IMG/VR virus record: IMGVR_UViG_3300020598_000121
Coordinates: 1-37,635 of that record
DNA length: 37,635 bases
From: a virus
Taxonomy: Duplodnaviria; Caudoviricetes
Strand: one strand, 5' to 3'
The position numbers and the translations under genes are program-made. Of the stretch, positions 1-8,900 are shown piece after piece; the stretch's first letter is position 1; each line of letters opens with the position of its first letter. The notes under the pieces were generated by a model, which worked only from the letters and a program-made list of their open reading frames with translations, searched no databases and was not told where the DNA came from.

Positions 1-993
1 GAAGATGGCGCCGCCGGCACCGTTGCCGCCGTTGCCCGCGAAGCCGATTTCGTAGTGGCCGCCACCGCCACCCGGGGCGCCGGGCCAACCACCGGGGCCC
101 CCATTGCCTCCGTTGCCTGCCCCGTTCTTTCCGTTTCCGCCTGAACCTGCGGATCCTAGGCCGAGCTGCCCGACGAGGGCCGACACGCCGGGCAGGCCGT
201 GGTCACCGGTCGCCAGAATGTTCGCGATGGGAGCACCGGGCGCGAACGGACCGTCCCCACCCGGCGTGGGCACGCCGTTACCGCCAGCGATCGCGAGGGA
301 TGCACCGTTGCCTCCGCGAATGTGGAATGTGAAGTCGTGCAGCGGGTCGACGGCCGCGCCGTACGTCTGATTGATAGACGATCCGCCGGTAGCGGCGATC
401 AGGTCACCGAAGCTGGACAGGCCACCGTCTGCACCATGCCCGCCGTCCGTTGTGGCACCGGCGCCGCCCGGGCCGACCGTGCACAGCACCGACGCTGGTA
501 CGTCTGCCGCGTCGAATTCCCAAATCGCCCAGCCGCCCGAGTAGCCGCCCAGTCCGCCGCGGCCGTATCCGCCGTTTCCGCCGTTGTTGCCGCGACCTCC
601 ACCGGATGCCCCACCGATCACTACAACCCTGATGAACTTCGCGTCTGTGGGCTTGTACCACCAGTCCGTTGAGCTGTAGGTGGCAAGTTGGGCCTGCATG
701 TTCTCCAGGACGATCTGGTCAATCCTGTTGTCGAGTCGCGGCACGTTCGTCTGCAGGCCACGCTCCGTGCCGTACAGGCGATCAGCGAGATCATCGAGGT
801 TGAACACGCCGCCGGTCGCGCCGTCCATCGCGTCGAGCATGTCGTGGGCGAAGTCGTTGATCCGCTGGATCGCCAGATTGGCGACCATCCCGAGCAGGCC
901 GCCCTGGTCGTTGACAAAAGCGTCGGCCATCTCCGAAACATCACCCCATCCGGTGTTCGTGCTACCGGGGATGAATCCATCAGGTGAGGTCAT
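1..993 (-). CDS. Glycine-rich minor tail protein (runs off the window edge)
   Basis: Not in the ORF track. ATG at 993 overlaps the upstream TGA (ATGA). Manual translation gives MTSPDGFIPGSTNTGWG...VVVIGGASGGGRGNNGGNGG...GNGGNGAGGAIF, typical of actinophage Gly-rich tail proteins. Confidence 0.8.
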   Translation of the reverse strand, partial: MTSPDGFIPGSTNTGWGDVSEMADAFVNDQGGLLGMVANLAIQRINDFAHDMLDAMDGATGGVFNLDDLADRLYGTERGLQTNVPRLDNRIDQIVLENMQAQLATYSSTDWWYKPTDAKFIRVVVIGGASGGGRGNNGGNGGYGRGGLGGYSGGWAIWEFDAADVPASVLCTVGPGGAGATTDGGHGADGGLSSFGDLIAATGGSSINQTYGAAVDPLHDFTFHIRGGNGASLAIAGGNGVPTPGGDGPFAPGAPIANILATGDHGLPGVSALVGQLGLGSAGSGGNGKNGAGNGGNGGPGGWPGAPGGGGGHYEIGFAGNGGNGAGGAIF

Positions 994-1403
994 CGCACCT
1001 CCTCCGAGGCTCGTTTCAGGCCACGAATCTCGCTCAGCGCGTCATCGAGCCGACTCCGCACGATGACGAGCTCCTGTTCGAGGTGGTCGGCGCGCGCCCG
1101 CTCCTCGTCACGCTGCGCGAGCAGTTCCTCTCGCTGGGCTTTGATCTCAGCCGACAGTCCATCGACCCGTTCGAGCAGCATCGCCACACGTTCGTCGTTG
1201 AGGATCCTCGCGGCGGCCTCGATACGGACCTGGCGCTGGAATCGTCGTTCGGTCCGGCTCTGCCACCATTCCCAGGCCGGCGCGAGAGTCGCGGCGACCC
1301 TGCGGCCAGCGAATACGAGGATGAGCACGATCAGGGCACACGCGCCGGCGGCGACGACAGCAGGGTGGGTGGTGGACTCTTCGGGAATGCCGAGTTCATC
1401 CAC
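990..1403 (-). CDS. Membrane protein with coiled coil, lysis-cassette accessory
   Basis: One TM segment (AVVAAGACALIVLILVFAG) followed by a heptad-rich tail; directly after the holin. Confidence 0.75.
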   Translation of the reverse strand: MDELGIPEESTTHPAVVAAGACALIVLILVFAGRRVAATLAPAWEWWQSRTERRFQRQVRIEAAARILNDERVAMLLERVDGLSAEIKAQREELLAQRDEERARADHLEQELVIVRSRLDDALSEIRGLKRASEEVR

Positions 1404-1406
1404 GTG

Positions 1407-1736
1407 TCACCGCCGGATGAAGGGATCGATGTACTGTTCCCGGATCTCGGTCGCCGCCTGCTGCACGGATTCGACGGGCTGCGTCGTCGCCGCGTATGCG
1501 GCGAGTGCGTCGGTGATCACGGCGATACCGTCCGCGGTGATCGTGGCCGGTTTCGGCGAGAGATTCGATACTGCGACACCGCCGGTCGCGATGACGAGGA
1601 TGCTCGCGATCGCGTTGGCGATGCTCGCGCTCATCCCCTCGTCGATCACTCCGAGGGTGACCAGGATCAGCAAGATGGTGCTGACTACCGGGTTGATGAC
1701 GTACATCCACTTGCGGACAGTCGGATTCGAGAACAT
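1407..1736 (-). CDS. Holin
   Basis: 109 aa with two TM segments and an N-terminal VRKWMY motif; immediately follows the endolysin. Confidence 0.8.
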   Translation of the reverse strand: MFSNPTVRKWMYVINPVVSTILLILVTLGVIDEGMSASIANAIASILVIATGGVAVSNLSPKPATITADGIAVITDALAAYAATTQPVESVQQAATEIREQYIDPFIRR

Positions 1737-3215
1737 CTACTTGTCTCCCAACAGGCGGTCGAGTTTGGCTTCGATGCGGACCTGGCGGGCCGCGATGGTC
1801 TGCAGCAGGCCGACCGCCGAGCGGCCCACATCATCCGGAACGTCGGCGTACTCGGGTCGGATGTCGTACCCGTCCCACACCGTCTCGTTCCAGATGTCCG
1901 CCCAGATCGCGCCCGGCCACGCACTGTTCGGGTCGCGGGTGGACTCGTTGATGTTCTGCGGCCGGTTGATCGTGCGCAGCAGTCCGGGCGTCGGGTGTAG
2001 CTGCGCCACACCCGCGTCGATGAAGGTGGTCACCGGTCCTCCAGTGGGAAGTAGTGCGGCGCCCATGTCGAGGCACCGTTGGTAGCGGACGGAACGATCG
2101 GCGATGCCGTTGTCTCCGCCGTTGATCGCGCGTGTGGCGCCCGCGAGATTGCGGGCGTCGGCAAGGTCGTTCATCGGTCGCTGCGTCGTCCAGTACCAAA
2201 CAGCACCGAGGAACGCGTACTCGTCGCGCTCGAGGGCTTCCGGTTGGTCGACGAAAAACGTGCGAGTGGGCACATATCCGTGATCACAGGCCCATGCAGA
2301 CAACGCCGTGTAGTGGTTGCGGCCGGTGACCTGGATGGCGCCACGACCCCGGTACCGGAACCCATCGCCCGGGCCGTTGCCCATACGCCCGTCGTAGGTG
2401 AGTTGATCGGCCGTCGGGCCCCACAACTCGCGGAACAGGCGCAACCCCTGAGACTCGTGCCCGAGCTGCGCACACCACATCGCAGCGCGCTCCACCGTCG
2501 TGCACCCGGCCGCGACCATCGCAGCCGAGAACGCCGGCAGCAGCGTGCGGTATCGCTCGATCGGTACCGTGTGGCCCATCGCCTCCGAGAGGGTCTCGGC
2601 GGTGAGCCCGACCGCTGGGACAGAGGCCGGTGCGGGCGGCACTGGACCGGGCGCGGCCGTGTACCCCTTCGGCGGAATCAGGGTGGCGAGCTGGTCGAAG
2701 CTCATCCAGTACCCGAATGGTGCGAACCCGGAGTCTGCGATCCACACCCGACGCGGACCGTCATCCGAATATCCCATCGCCGACATGTAGTGGTAGACCG
2801 TGCCGCCACCGTAGGTCGGGCTGATCGTCGACGGCGCCACCGCCTGCGGGTAGTTCCCTCTTGGAGCGACGATGTTCACGACCACGCCGTGCCCGCCGTT
2901 GATCGACGCCACCAGGTCTCGCCACAGCCGTTCCTTCTGCTCCCCGGTGGGCGGATCCTGCGGCATCTCGACGACGAAGTACCCGGCGCTCGTGTACTCG
3001 TTCAGGACCGTCGCGACCTGGCTGACATGGTCGGTGCCGTCCCGATCGTCCCAGCCGATGTTCCCCTCGAGGGCTTCTGTCTTACTGGCGATGTCCGGCT
3101 CGGCGACCTTGATGCCGAGACTGTCGAGCACCACCTGAATCGAGGCGGGTCCGCACCAGTAGCCGGTTTCCTGCGGCACGATCGTCCGGTCGTAGGGCAG
3201 CTGTTTCGTGGTCAC
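1737..3215 (-). CDS. Endolysin (lysin A): C39-like peptidase, GH19 glycoside hydrolase and C-terminal domain
   Basis: QETGYWCGPAS...HY...IADS peptidase motifs; AQLGHES...YRGRGAIQVTGRNHY...INGG GH19 motifs. GTG start at 3215 is coupled to the upstream stop. Confidence 0.9.
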   Translation of the reverse strand: MTTKQLPYDRTIVPQETGYWCGPASIQVVLDSLGIKVAEPDIASKTEALEGNIGWDDRDGTDHVSQVATVLNEYTSAGYFVVEMPQDPPTGEQKERLWRDLVASINGGHGVVVNIVAPRGNYPQAVAPSTISPTYGGGTVYHYMSAMGYSDDGPRRVWIADSGFAPFGYWMSFDQLATLIPPKGYTAAPGPVPPAPASVPAVGLTAETLSEAMGHTVPIERYRTLLPAFSAAMVAAGCTTVERAAMWCAQLGHESQGLRLFRELWGPTADQLTYDGRMGNGPGDGFRYRGRGAIQVTGRNHYTALSAWACDHGYVPTRTFFVDQPEALERDEYAFLGAVWYWTTQRPMNDLADARNLAGATRAINGGDNGIADRSVRYQRCLDMGAALLPTGGPVTTFIDAGVAQLHPTPGLLRTINRPQNINESTRDPNSAWPGAIWADIWNETVWDGYDIRPEYADVPDDVGRSAVGLLQTIAARQVRIEAKLDRLLGDK

Positions 3216-3568
3216 GATTCCGGTTTCTCCTCGAGGAGGTCGGCGCGCACGGAGGCCGGGAGATCTGCGAGCTGGGCACGTAGATGCGCGTACGGGTCCG
3301 GCCGATGCGGGGCAGGTCGCTTCTTCGACCGCCACTGCCCCGGGTTGTGGGGGTGTATCGGCCCAGACGCCGGCGGGTCGTACCGATCGAGTGACTCTTC
3401 GACCGGCCGGAAGCCAAGCCGTTCGATGTGCCGGGCAAGCGAATTCATCTCGTCCGGTTCGAGCGTGGCTACCGGCGACATCTCCCCGTTCGTCGGTGGG
3501 TGCATGAACACGTACGCGTACGGATGCATCTCGGGCGGCAATGCCGCCTGCAGTTCTTCGGGTGTCAT
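3212..3568 (-). CDS. Minor tail-region protein (DUF2744/gp37-like)
   Basis: HPYAYVF...LARHIERLGF...HNPGQW pattern; AGGAGG RBS; located after the minor tail gene. Confidence 0.65.
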   Translation of the reverse strand: MTPEELQAALPPEMHPYAYVFMHPPTNGEMSPVATLEPDEMNSLARHIERLGFRPVEESLDRYDPPASGPIHPHNPGQWRSKKRPAPHRPDPYAHLRAQLADLPASVRADLLEEKPES

Positions 3569-3582
3569 GACAACCTCCTGGT

Positions 3583-5160
3583 CTAGGTAGCGCTCGAGTG
3601 CTGGCGCAACGTGCCGGACACGGCCTCGAGCGCCCGCAACGCGCGGGTACCGGCAAGTTCTTGGGCCCGGTAGTCGCCGACATTGATCTCCCACGGCTGA
3701 TCCGGGTTCTCACGACTCCATGACTGCCGCACCGATGCGATGTGCGAAAGCCAGATCTGATCACCGATCTCGAACCCGGCCCGCAGCCCGTCGTCGATGT
3801 GCAGGCCCACCCGGTACGGTGCGGCGTCATCGACATCGGCAGCGAAGCTGACATAGCCGCGTGCCTTGTGCAGGCCGACACGAATCGTCTGCAGCCCGGA
3901 TGGCGACACCGCAACACCGCCACCGGTCTCGAACCCGCCCTTGTGGGCGAACCGGCCCATTTCCGACTTGCGCGAGTAGTCCACGCCGCGAGCCCACGCG
4001 AGAATGACATCTTCGACGGCCTTGTCGAAGATCCCGAGCGTGAGCCACGGCATCCCGATCAGTGTGCCGAGCAACCCCAGCAGGATGTTCGAAATCAGCT
4101 TGGCGCCCTGGTTGATCGCATCCGGCGACTTACCGCCGGTCATGATCGTGTGCTCGATCGGCTTGTGGATGACCATCTTCGACTTGAGGCCCCGATGCTG
4201 GCCGCGCCGGAAGATCACCCACGGCCCGTTCGGGTCCGTGTTGTCAGGATCGAGATTCGGGTCGGCGATGGTGACGGTGTCGGTGGTGCCGTCCGAACCG
4301 AAGATCCGCAGCAGATCCTTGATCGGATCGAGGATCGTCCCGGTGATGCCGGGGATCGTGGCGCGCTGCTTGACGTCGAACACGAACGTCGGCCGATCGA
4401 GAATGAAATGCGACGGGCACGGTTGCGGATCGCCCGGCTCCCACAGGTCCGCGGTGAGCTGCAAACCGCCGTCGTCGAGGGTGGGTTTGACCACGTCGAA
4501 GAAGTCGTCCATCCGCGACCCGAGTGCCGTCCACGGTCCGACGCCGTCTCGTGCGGCGATGTACGGCACCATCACCATCGGCCACTTCGCGTTGTCGAAG
4601 TTCGCCTGCCAGTTCGCCGCGTCCCAGATGTCGAAGGCCGGAATCCACCCAGGTTGCTGCTCACGCAGCAGATTCCGGTGGGCGTAGCCCTTGACCACCT
4701 TGATCGAGTCGCCCCATTGGAAATCAACCTTGGGCGCCTGCACCGCGAGCGGCGCGAGTGTGTTCGGCCAGCACTGCCAGTGCTTCGCCTCGTCGAGGAT
4801 GTGCCGGGCCAGCGGCCGCACGATCGAGTTGCCGTGCTCGTCCTCGTCGTACTCGATGTCGTAGACCTTGAAGCACGCCTTCTTCCATGGCGACCGGAAC
4901 ACCAGGAACATGTCCTGGTTGACCCTGCTCCCATCGATCAGCCACTGCGCCAGATCATCCCGCCCGTCGAGCCCGACCGACGCCTCACCGACCTCGTTGC
5001 AGATCGTCTCCCAGTCTGCGTCGTACTCGCCCTCGACCTCACCGACGAGCTCGAGGTCCCGGTCGTGGATTGTGATCCGGGTGCGTAGCAGCGCGAACGC
5101 TTCCTCCTCATGCTCCTGAGCGTCGATCGCCGCAAGATCGGCATCGAGGTCGTAACTCAC
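3583..5160 (-). CDS. Minor tail protein (baseplate hub-like)
   Basis: 525 aa, second gene after the tape measure; GGKSPDAINQ motif typical of actinophage minor tail proteins. Confidence 0.85.
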   Translation of the reverse strand: MSYDLDADLAAIDAQEHEEEAFALLRTRITIHDRDLELVGEVEGEYDADWETICNEVGEASVGLDGRDDLAQWLIDGSRVNQDMFLVFRSPWKKACFKVYDIEYDEDEHGNSIVRPLARHILDEAKHWQCWPNTLAPLAVQAPKVDFQWGDSIKVVKGYAHRNLLREQQPGWIPAFDIWDAANWQANFDNAKWPMVMVPYIAARDGVGPWTALGSRMDDFFDVVKPTLDDGGLQLTADLWEPGDPQPCPSHFILDRPTFVFDVKQRATIPGITGTILDPIKDLLRIFGSDGTTDTVTIADPNLDPDNTDPNGPWVIFRRGQHRGLKSKMVIHKPIEHTIMTGGKSPDAINQGAKLISNILLGLLGTLIGMPWLTLGIFDKAVEDVILAWARGVDYSRKSEMGRFAHKGGFETGGGVAVSPSGLQTIRVGLHKARGYVSFAADVDDAAPYRVGLHIDDGLRAGFEIGDQIWLSHIASVRQSWSRENPDQPWEINVGDYRAQELAGTRALRALEAVSGTLRQHSSAT

Positions 5161-5166
5161 AAGCGA

Positions 5167-5997
5167 TCACCCCCAAGGCATCTCGTGGTAGCGAGGCATG
5201 TGGACACGCAACTCGGCGGGCACCGCCGAGCCCTGCACCTCGACAGGAATTTCCGTCCTCGGTGTGCGGGGCGGGATCTCGTGCAGGAAGCTCACGCCCC
5301 GCATCGCCTTCCACACCTCGAACCCGGCGCCAGCGGCGCGGATGGTCTGGAAGTCCTGGCGGGTCTGCACCCGCCAACCGGTGGTCTGCGGCCGCAACGG
5401 CACCATCCGACCCGACAACCCATCCGGGAGGATCCACTTCGTGGCCGGGGTGCCCTCGAACTTCAGCCACAACGGCACATCGGTCGGATTCGAGATCGGC
5501 ACCGTACCCGTGTGCGACCCGACACCGGGTTCCCACTTGACGACCTTCGTGCCCGAGGTCAGGTACGGCCAGCACGCGACCACGACCATCTCGAGGTCGA
5601 TGCGGGTGGTTTGCATCGACATCCGGCCGGCGATCTTCGGTGTCCGATCGAGCCGCAGCCTGATCGTGCGTCGCCCGTCGCCGGTCCGCGTCGTGACCTC
5701 GTTGTCCTGGTCGAACGACCACACGGCCATCCATTCGGAGAACGCGCGCTCGAAGTCGCGGCGGGTGCGGCCTTCGATCCGCACCGCAAAGTCGAGCAGC
5801 CGTTCCTCGATCTTCGTCACCTTCGGTGTCGAACCGTGCTGATATGCACGGGAAGTGCGGGTCGGGGTCCGGGGCGCGGGAACCCAGAGGCCATCGAGGC
5901 CACCCTGGATCCACACGTCCCGGACCCCACCGCTCGGCCCACCCAGCCGGTAACGAGCGCCGTTCCACCCGACCATGCTGATCGAGTCGATCACCAC
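5167..5997 (-). CDS. Minor tail protein (distal tail-like)
   Basis: First gene after the tape measure; ISNPTDVPLWLKF motif. Confidence 0.8.
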   Translation of the reverse strand: MVIDSISMVGWNGARYRLGGPSGGVRDVWIQGGLDGLWVPAPRTPTRTSRAYQHGSTPKVTKIEERLLDFAVRIEGRTRRDFERAFSEWMAVWSFDQDNEVTTRTGDGRRTIRLRLDRTPKIAGRMSMQTTRIDLEMVVVACWPYLTSGTKVVKWEPGVGSHTGTVPISNPTDVPLWLKFEGTPATKWILPDGLSGRMVPLRPQTTGWRVQTRQDFQTIRAAGAGFEVWKAMRGVSFLHEIPPRTPRTEIPVEVQGSAVPAELRVHMPRYHEMPWG

Positions 5998-8900
5998 CGC
6001 CTCCTGGACTCGGATCCTCGACCGTGGCCGCGCTCACGCTGGTTCCACATGATCTCGATCTCCCTCCTCATCGCTGGCGAGAGCTCACCGTTGAAGTTCC
6101 AGCTGTCGCCGCCACCGACCGGCGCCAACTCCAGCGCCGACCGATCAGCCGCTGACATCACCTCGCCCGGCGCGGACGCAGCCGACTGGACCCGGTCGAG
6201 CATCGGAACCAACGCCTCGAACGCCTCGGTCTGCCGCGGCGACAGGACACGCTCCGGGCGGATGACGTCCTTGAGCATGAAGCCGCGACCGGACGCGATA
6301 CCGCCCTGGTCGTAGAAGCCGTTCTTCTCCCAGAACGACTTCGCGCGGATCGGATCGCCGTACCGGTCGCGGATATACTTCGCGCCGGCCTGCCCCTGGA
6401 TGTACGGGTCAGGATTCTCGTCCGGAAGGTAGGCGTCCTTCGTCGACCCGAGGAACTGGAACAGCCCGAACGCACCCGAGGACGGGTTACGCGCCAGCGG
6501 ATTCCAGCCCGATTCCTTCTGCACGATCCAGTCGGTTGCGGCCCATTGCTCACCCTCGCTCCAGCTGGACGGGGCGAAGGCCCGCTTGACCGCGTCGACA
6601 ACTGACTCCGGTTCGGCGGCCGTGGCCGTCGAACCGGACGACTCCACCGGCGTCTCGGTGGTCGCCGGAGCCGGGGTGTCGGTCTGGTAGTCGTCGTACG
6701 TGGCCTCGCTGCGCACCTGGGCCTCGTCCGAGCGGCGACCGGTGTCGTCGACGAGCTGCAGGCCCTTGAACTGGTTCGAGAACCCGGCCATGCCGAGCAG
6801 GTCGTTGCCCCACTCCGCGAGCAGTGAGGTTCCGATCTGCCCGCCGATACCGAGCCAGTCGATCTCCGAGGCGTACTTCGCCGCGGCCGCCGGACCGACC
6901 TCGACCTTGTCCTGCTCGTAGCCGTACTGGCTGTAGTCCGCGGCCAGGGTGGCCTCGGCGGTGGCGGGGGCGTTGTTCAGCAGCGTCGCGGCGCGCAGTG
7001 CGCCCGCGACGTCGCCGCCCACGAGCAGGTCCTTGATCAGCTCGAGCTGATCCCAGTTCAGGACCGCCTCGGGCCTGCCGGTTTCGTTGCGGACGATCGA
7101 GAGCCCGTTCGGGATCCAGCCGCCCTTGTCGCGGAACAAGCCACCGATGTTCTTGGCCTTGTCCCAGACCGACCCGAGAAGGTCACCGAGGCCGGTGACC
7201 TTGTCCGCCAGGAATGACGACGTCATGTCCCGGCCCTTGTCGAGGAATCCTGGTGGGATCCTCTTCCATTCGGGCGGAGGCGTCCCGATCGCCGCGGCGA
7301 TGCCGGACTTGATCGGGTTCAGGAAGAAGTCGAAGATGTCCGCGATCTTCTTCTGCACGAACGACTGCTTGCCCTCCGGGGACAGTCCGCCGCCGCCTCC
7401 GACGCCGCCGGATTCGAACGCACCGTCCGCGCCGATCGCCAGGTGGAATAGACCCGGGTGCTTGCCGGCGAAGTACGGCGAGTCCGCGCCGATCGCGCCT
7501 CCGCCGTACATGACACCACCGGATCCGCTGGACTCGACGTTGACCGTCGAGTACGGCCCGACAGCGGTGAGGGTGCCCGCGGTGTGGCCGCCGCCCGGTC
7601 CGCCCGGGTCGTCCCACACGCCGACCGAGAAGCCCTGACCGAGGCCCGGCTTCCACGGCTGAGTCCCAGGGAACGATCCGGTGAACCAGTTCCGGGAACC
7701 GTTGCCGCCATTGATGATGGCATCGGCGATCATCGACATGAAGCCCGAGCAGTCCTCGAACGCCCACGTGTACGGATTGCCGTTGCGCATCTTCGCGGCA
7801 CGGTGGCCGTTCTCGAGCTGGCTCTGCCACATCGGGCGGATCTCGCCGCCGTCCTTGTACCCAGGCAGCATCCCGTCGAACATGCCCTGCGGGTTGACGT
7901 TCCCCAGCCCCTTCGCCGCCACCTGGGCGCCGTAGCGGCTGAGGTTGTCGCGGCCCACCTCGGACACGATCCGGCCGTTGTCCCACGAGAACGGGATACC
8001 GCGGGCGATCATGTCGCGGATCGCATAGAGCACGTTGTGGCCGCCGGCGGCGATGACCTCGGCCGCGGTGACCATGTGCTCACCGTTCGAGCCCCACATC
8101 AGCACGTCGTCCGACGTGCCGGTTCCGGGGCCGAAGATCGGACCACCGGTGGCGCGCTCCGGAATCCCCGCCAGCGGCTGCGCTTCATCTAGACCGAGGA
8201 GCCCCGCGGCCTTGTTCCACGCCTTGCGGATGCCTTCGTTCCAGACCGTGTTGATCATGAAGTTGATCGGCTTGGCCAGGATGCCCCGCAACCCGTCCCA
8301 GACAGTGCTGATGCCCCGAACGATCGTGTCGAAGAAGTCCCCGACCTTCTGCAGGGCGTTCTTCATGGCATCCCACGCCGGGCTGATCACCGTCTCCCAC
8401 ACGGTCCGGATGAGGCTGCCGATCCCCTCCCACGCGGGCTTGATCACCGAATTCCAGACGGTGGAGAACAGATCACCGACGAGATTCAGGCCCGCATTGA
8501 GCAGGTCCCACACGGGACTGATCACGTGCTCCCACACGGCCTGGATACCGTCGCCGAGCGCGTTCCAGGCAGGCTTGATCAGAGAGTTCCACACCCAGGC
8601 GAAGAAGTCACCCATGGCCCGCAGGCCCGCCTTCATCAGTTCCCAGACAGGCCGGGCGATCGTGTTCCACAGCCAGGAGATGAGGTTGCCGACCAGCTCG
8701 AGGTAGAGTTTGACGCCCTCCCACCACATCAGGAACGCGGTGACGACGACCGCGAGCGCTACCTTCAGTGCGGTGAAGATCGGCTGGACGATGTTCTCGT
8801 ACAGCCAGGTGAAGACCGCCCCGAGCTTGTCGAACACCGACTTGATGAACTCCCATGCTGTGGACAGCGCCGCCTTGATGCCGTTCCACACCGTCTCCCA

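Noticed and set aside
621-980. Listed 119-aa minus-strand ORF
   Set aside because: Wrong frame; the real gene starts at 993 and runs off the window.
3216-4010. N-terminal extension making the lysin 757 aa
   Set aside because: Overlaps two real genes; the coupled GTG at 3215 is the likely start. Similar over-extensions were trimmed for recT, recE, rusA, int and the HNH genes.
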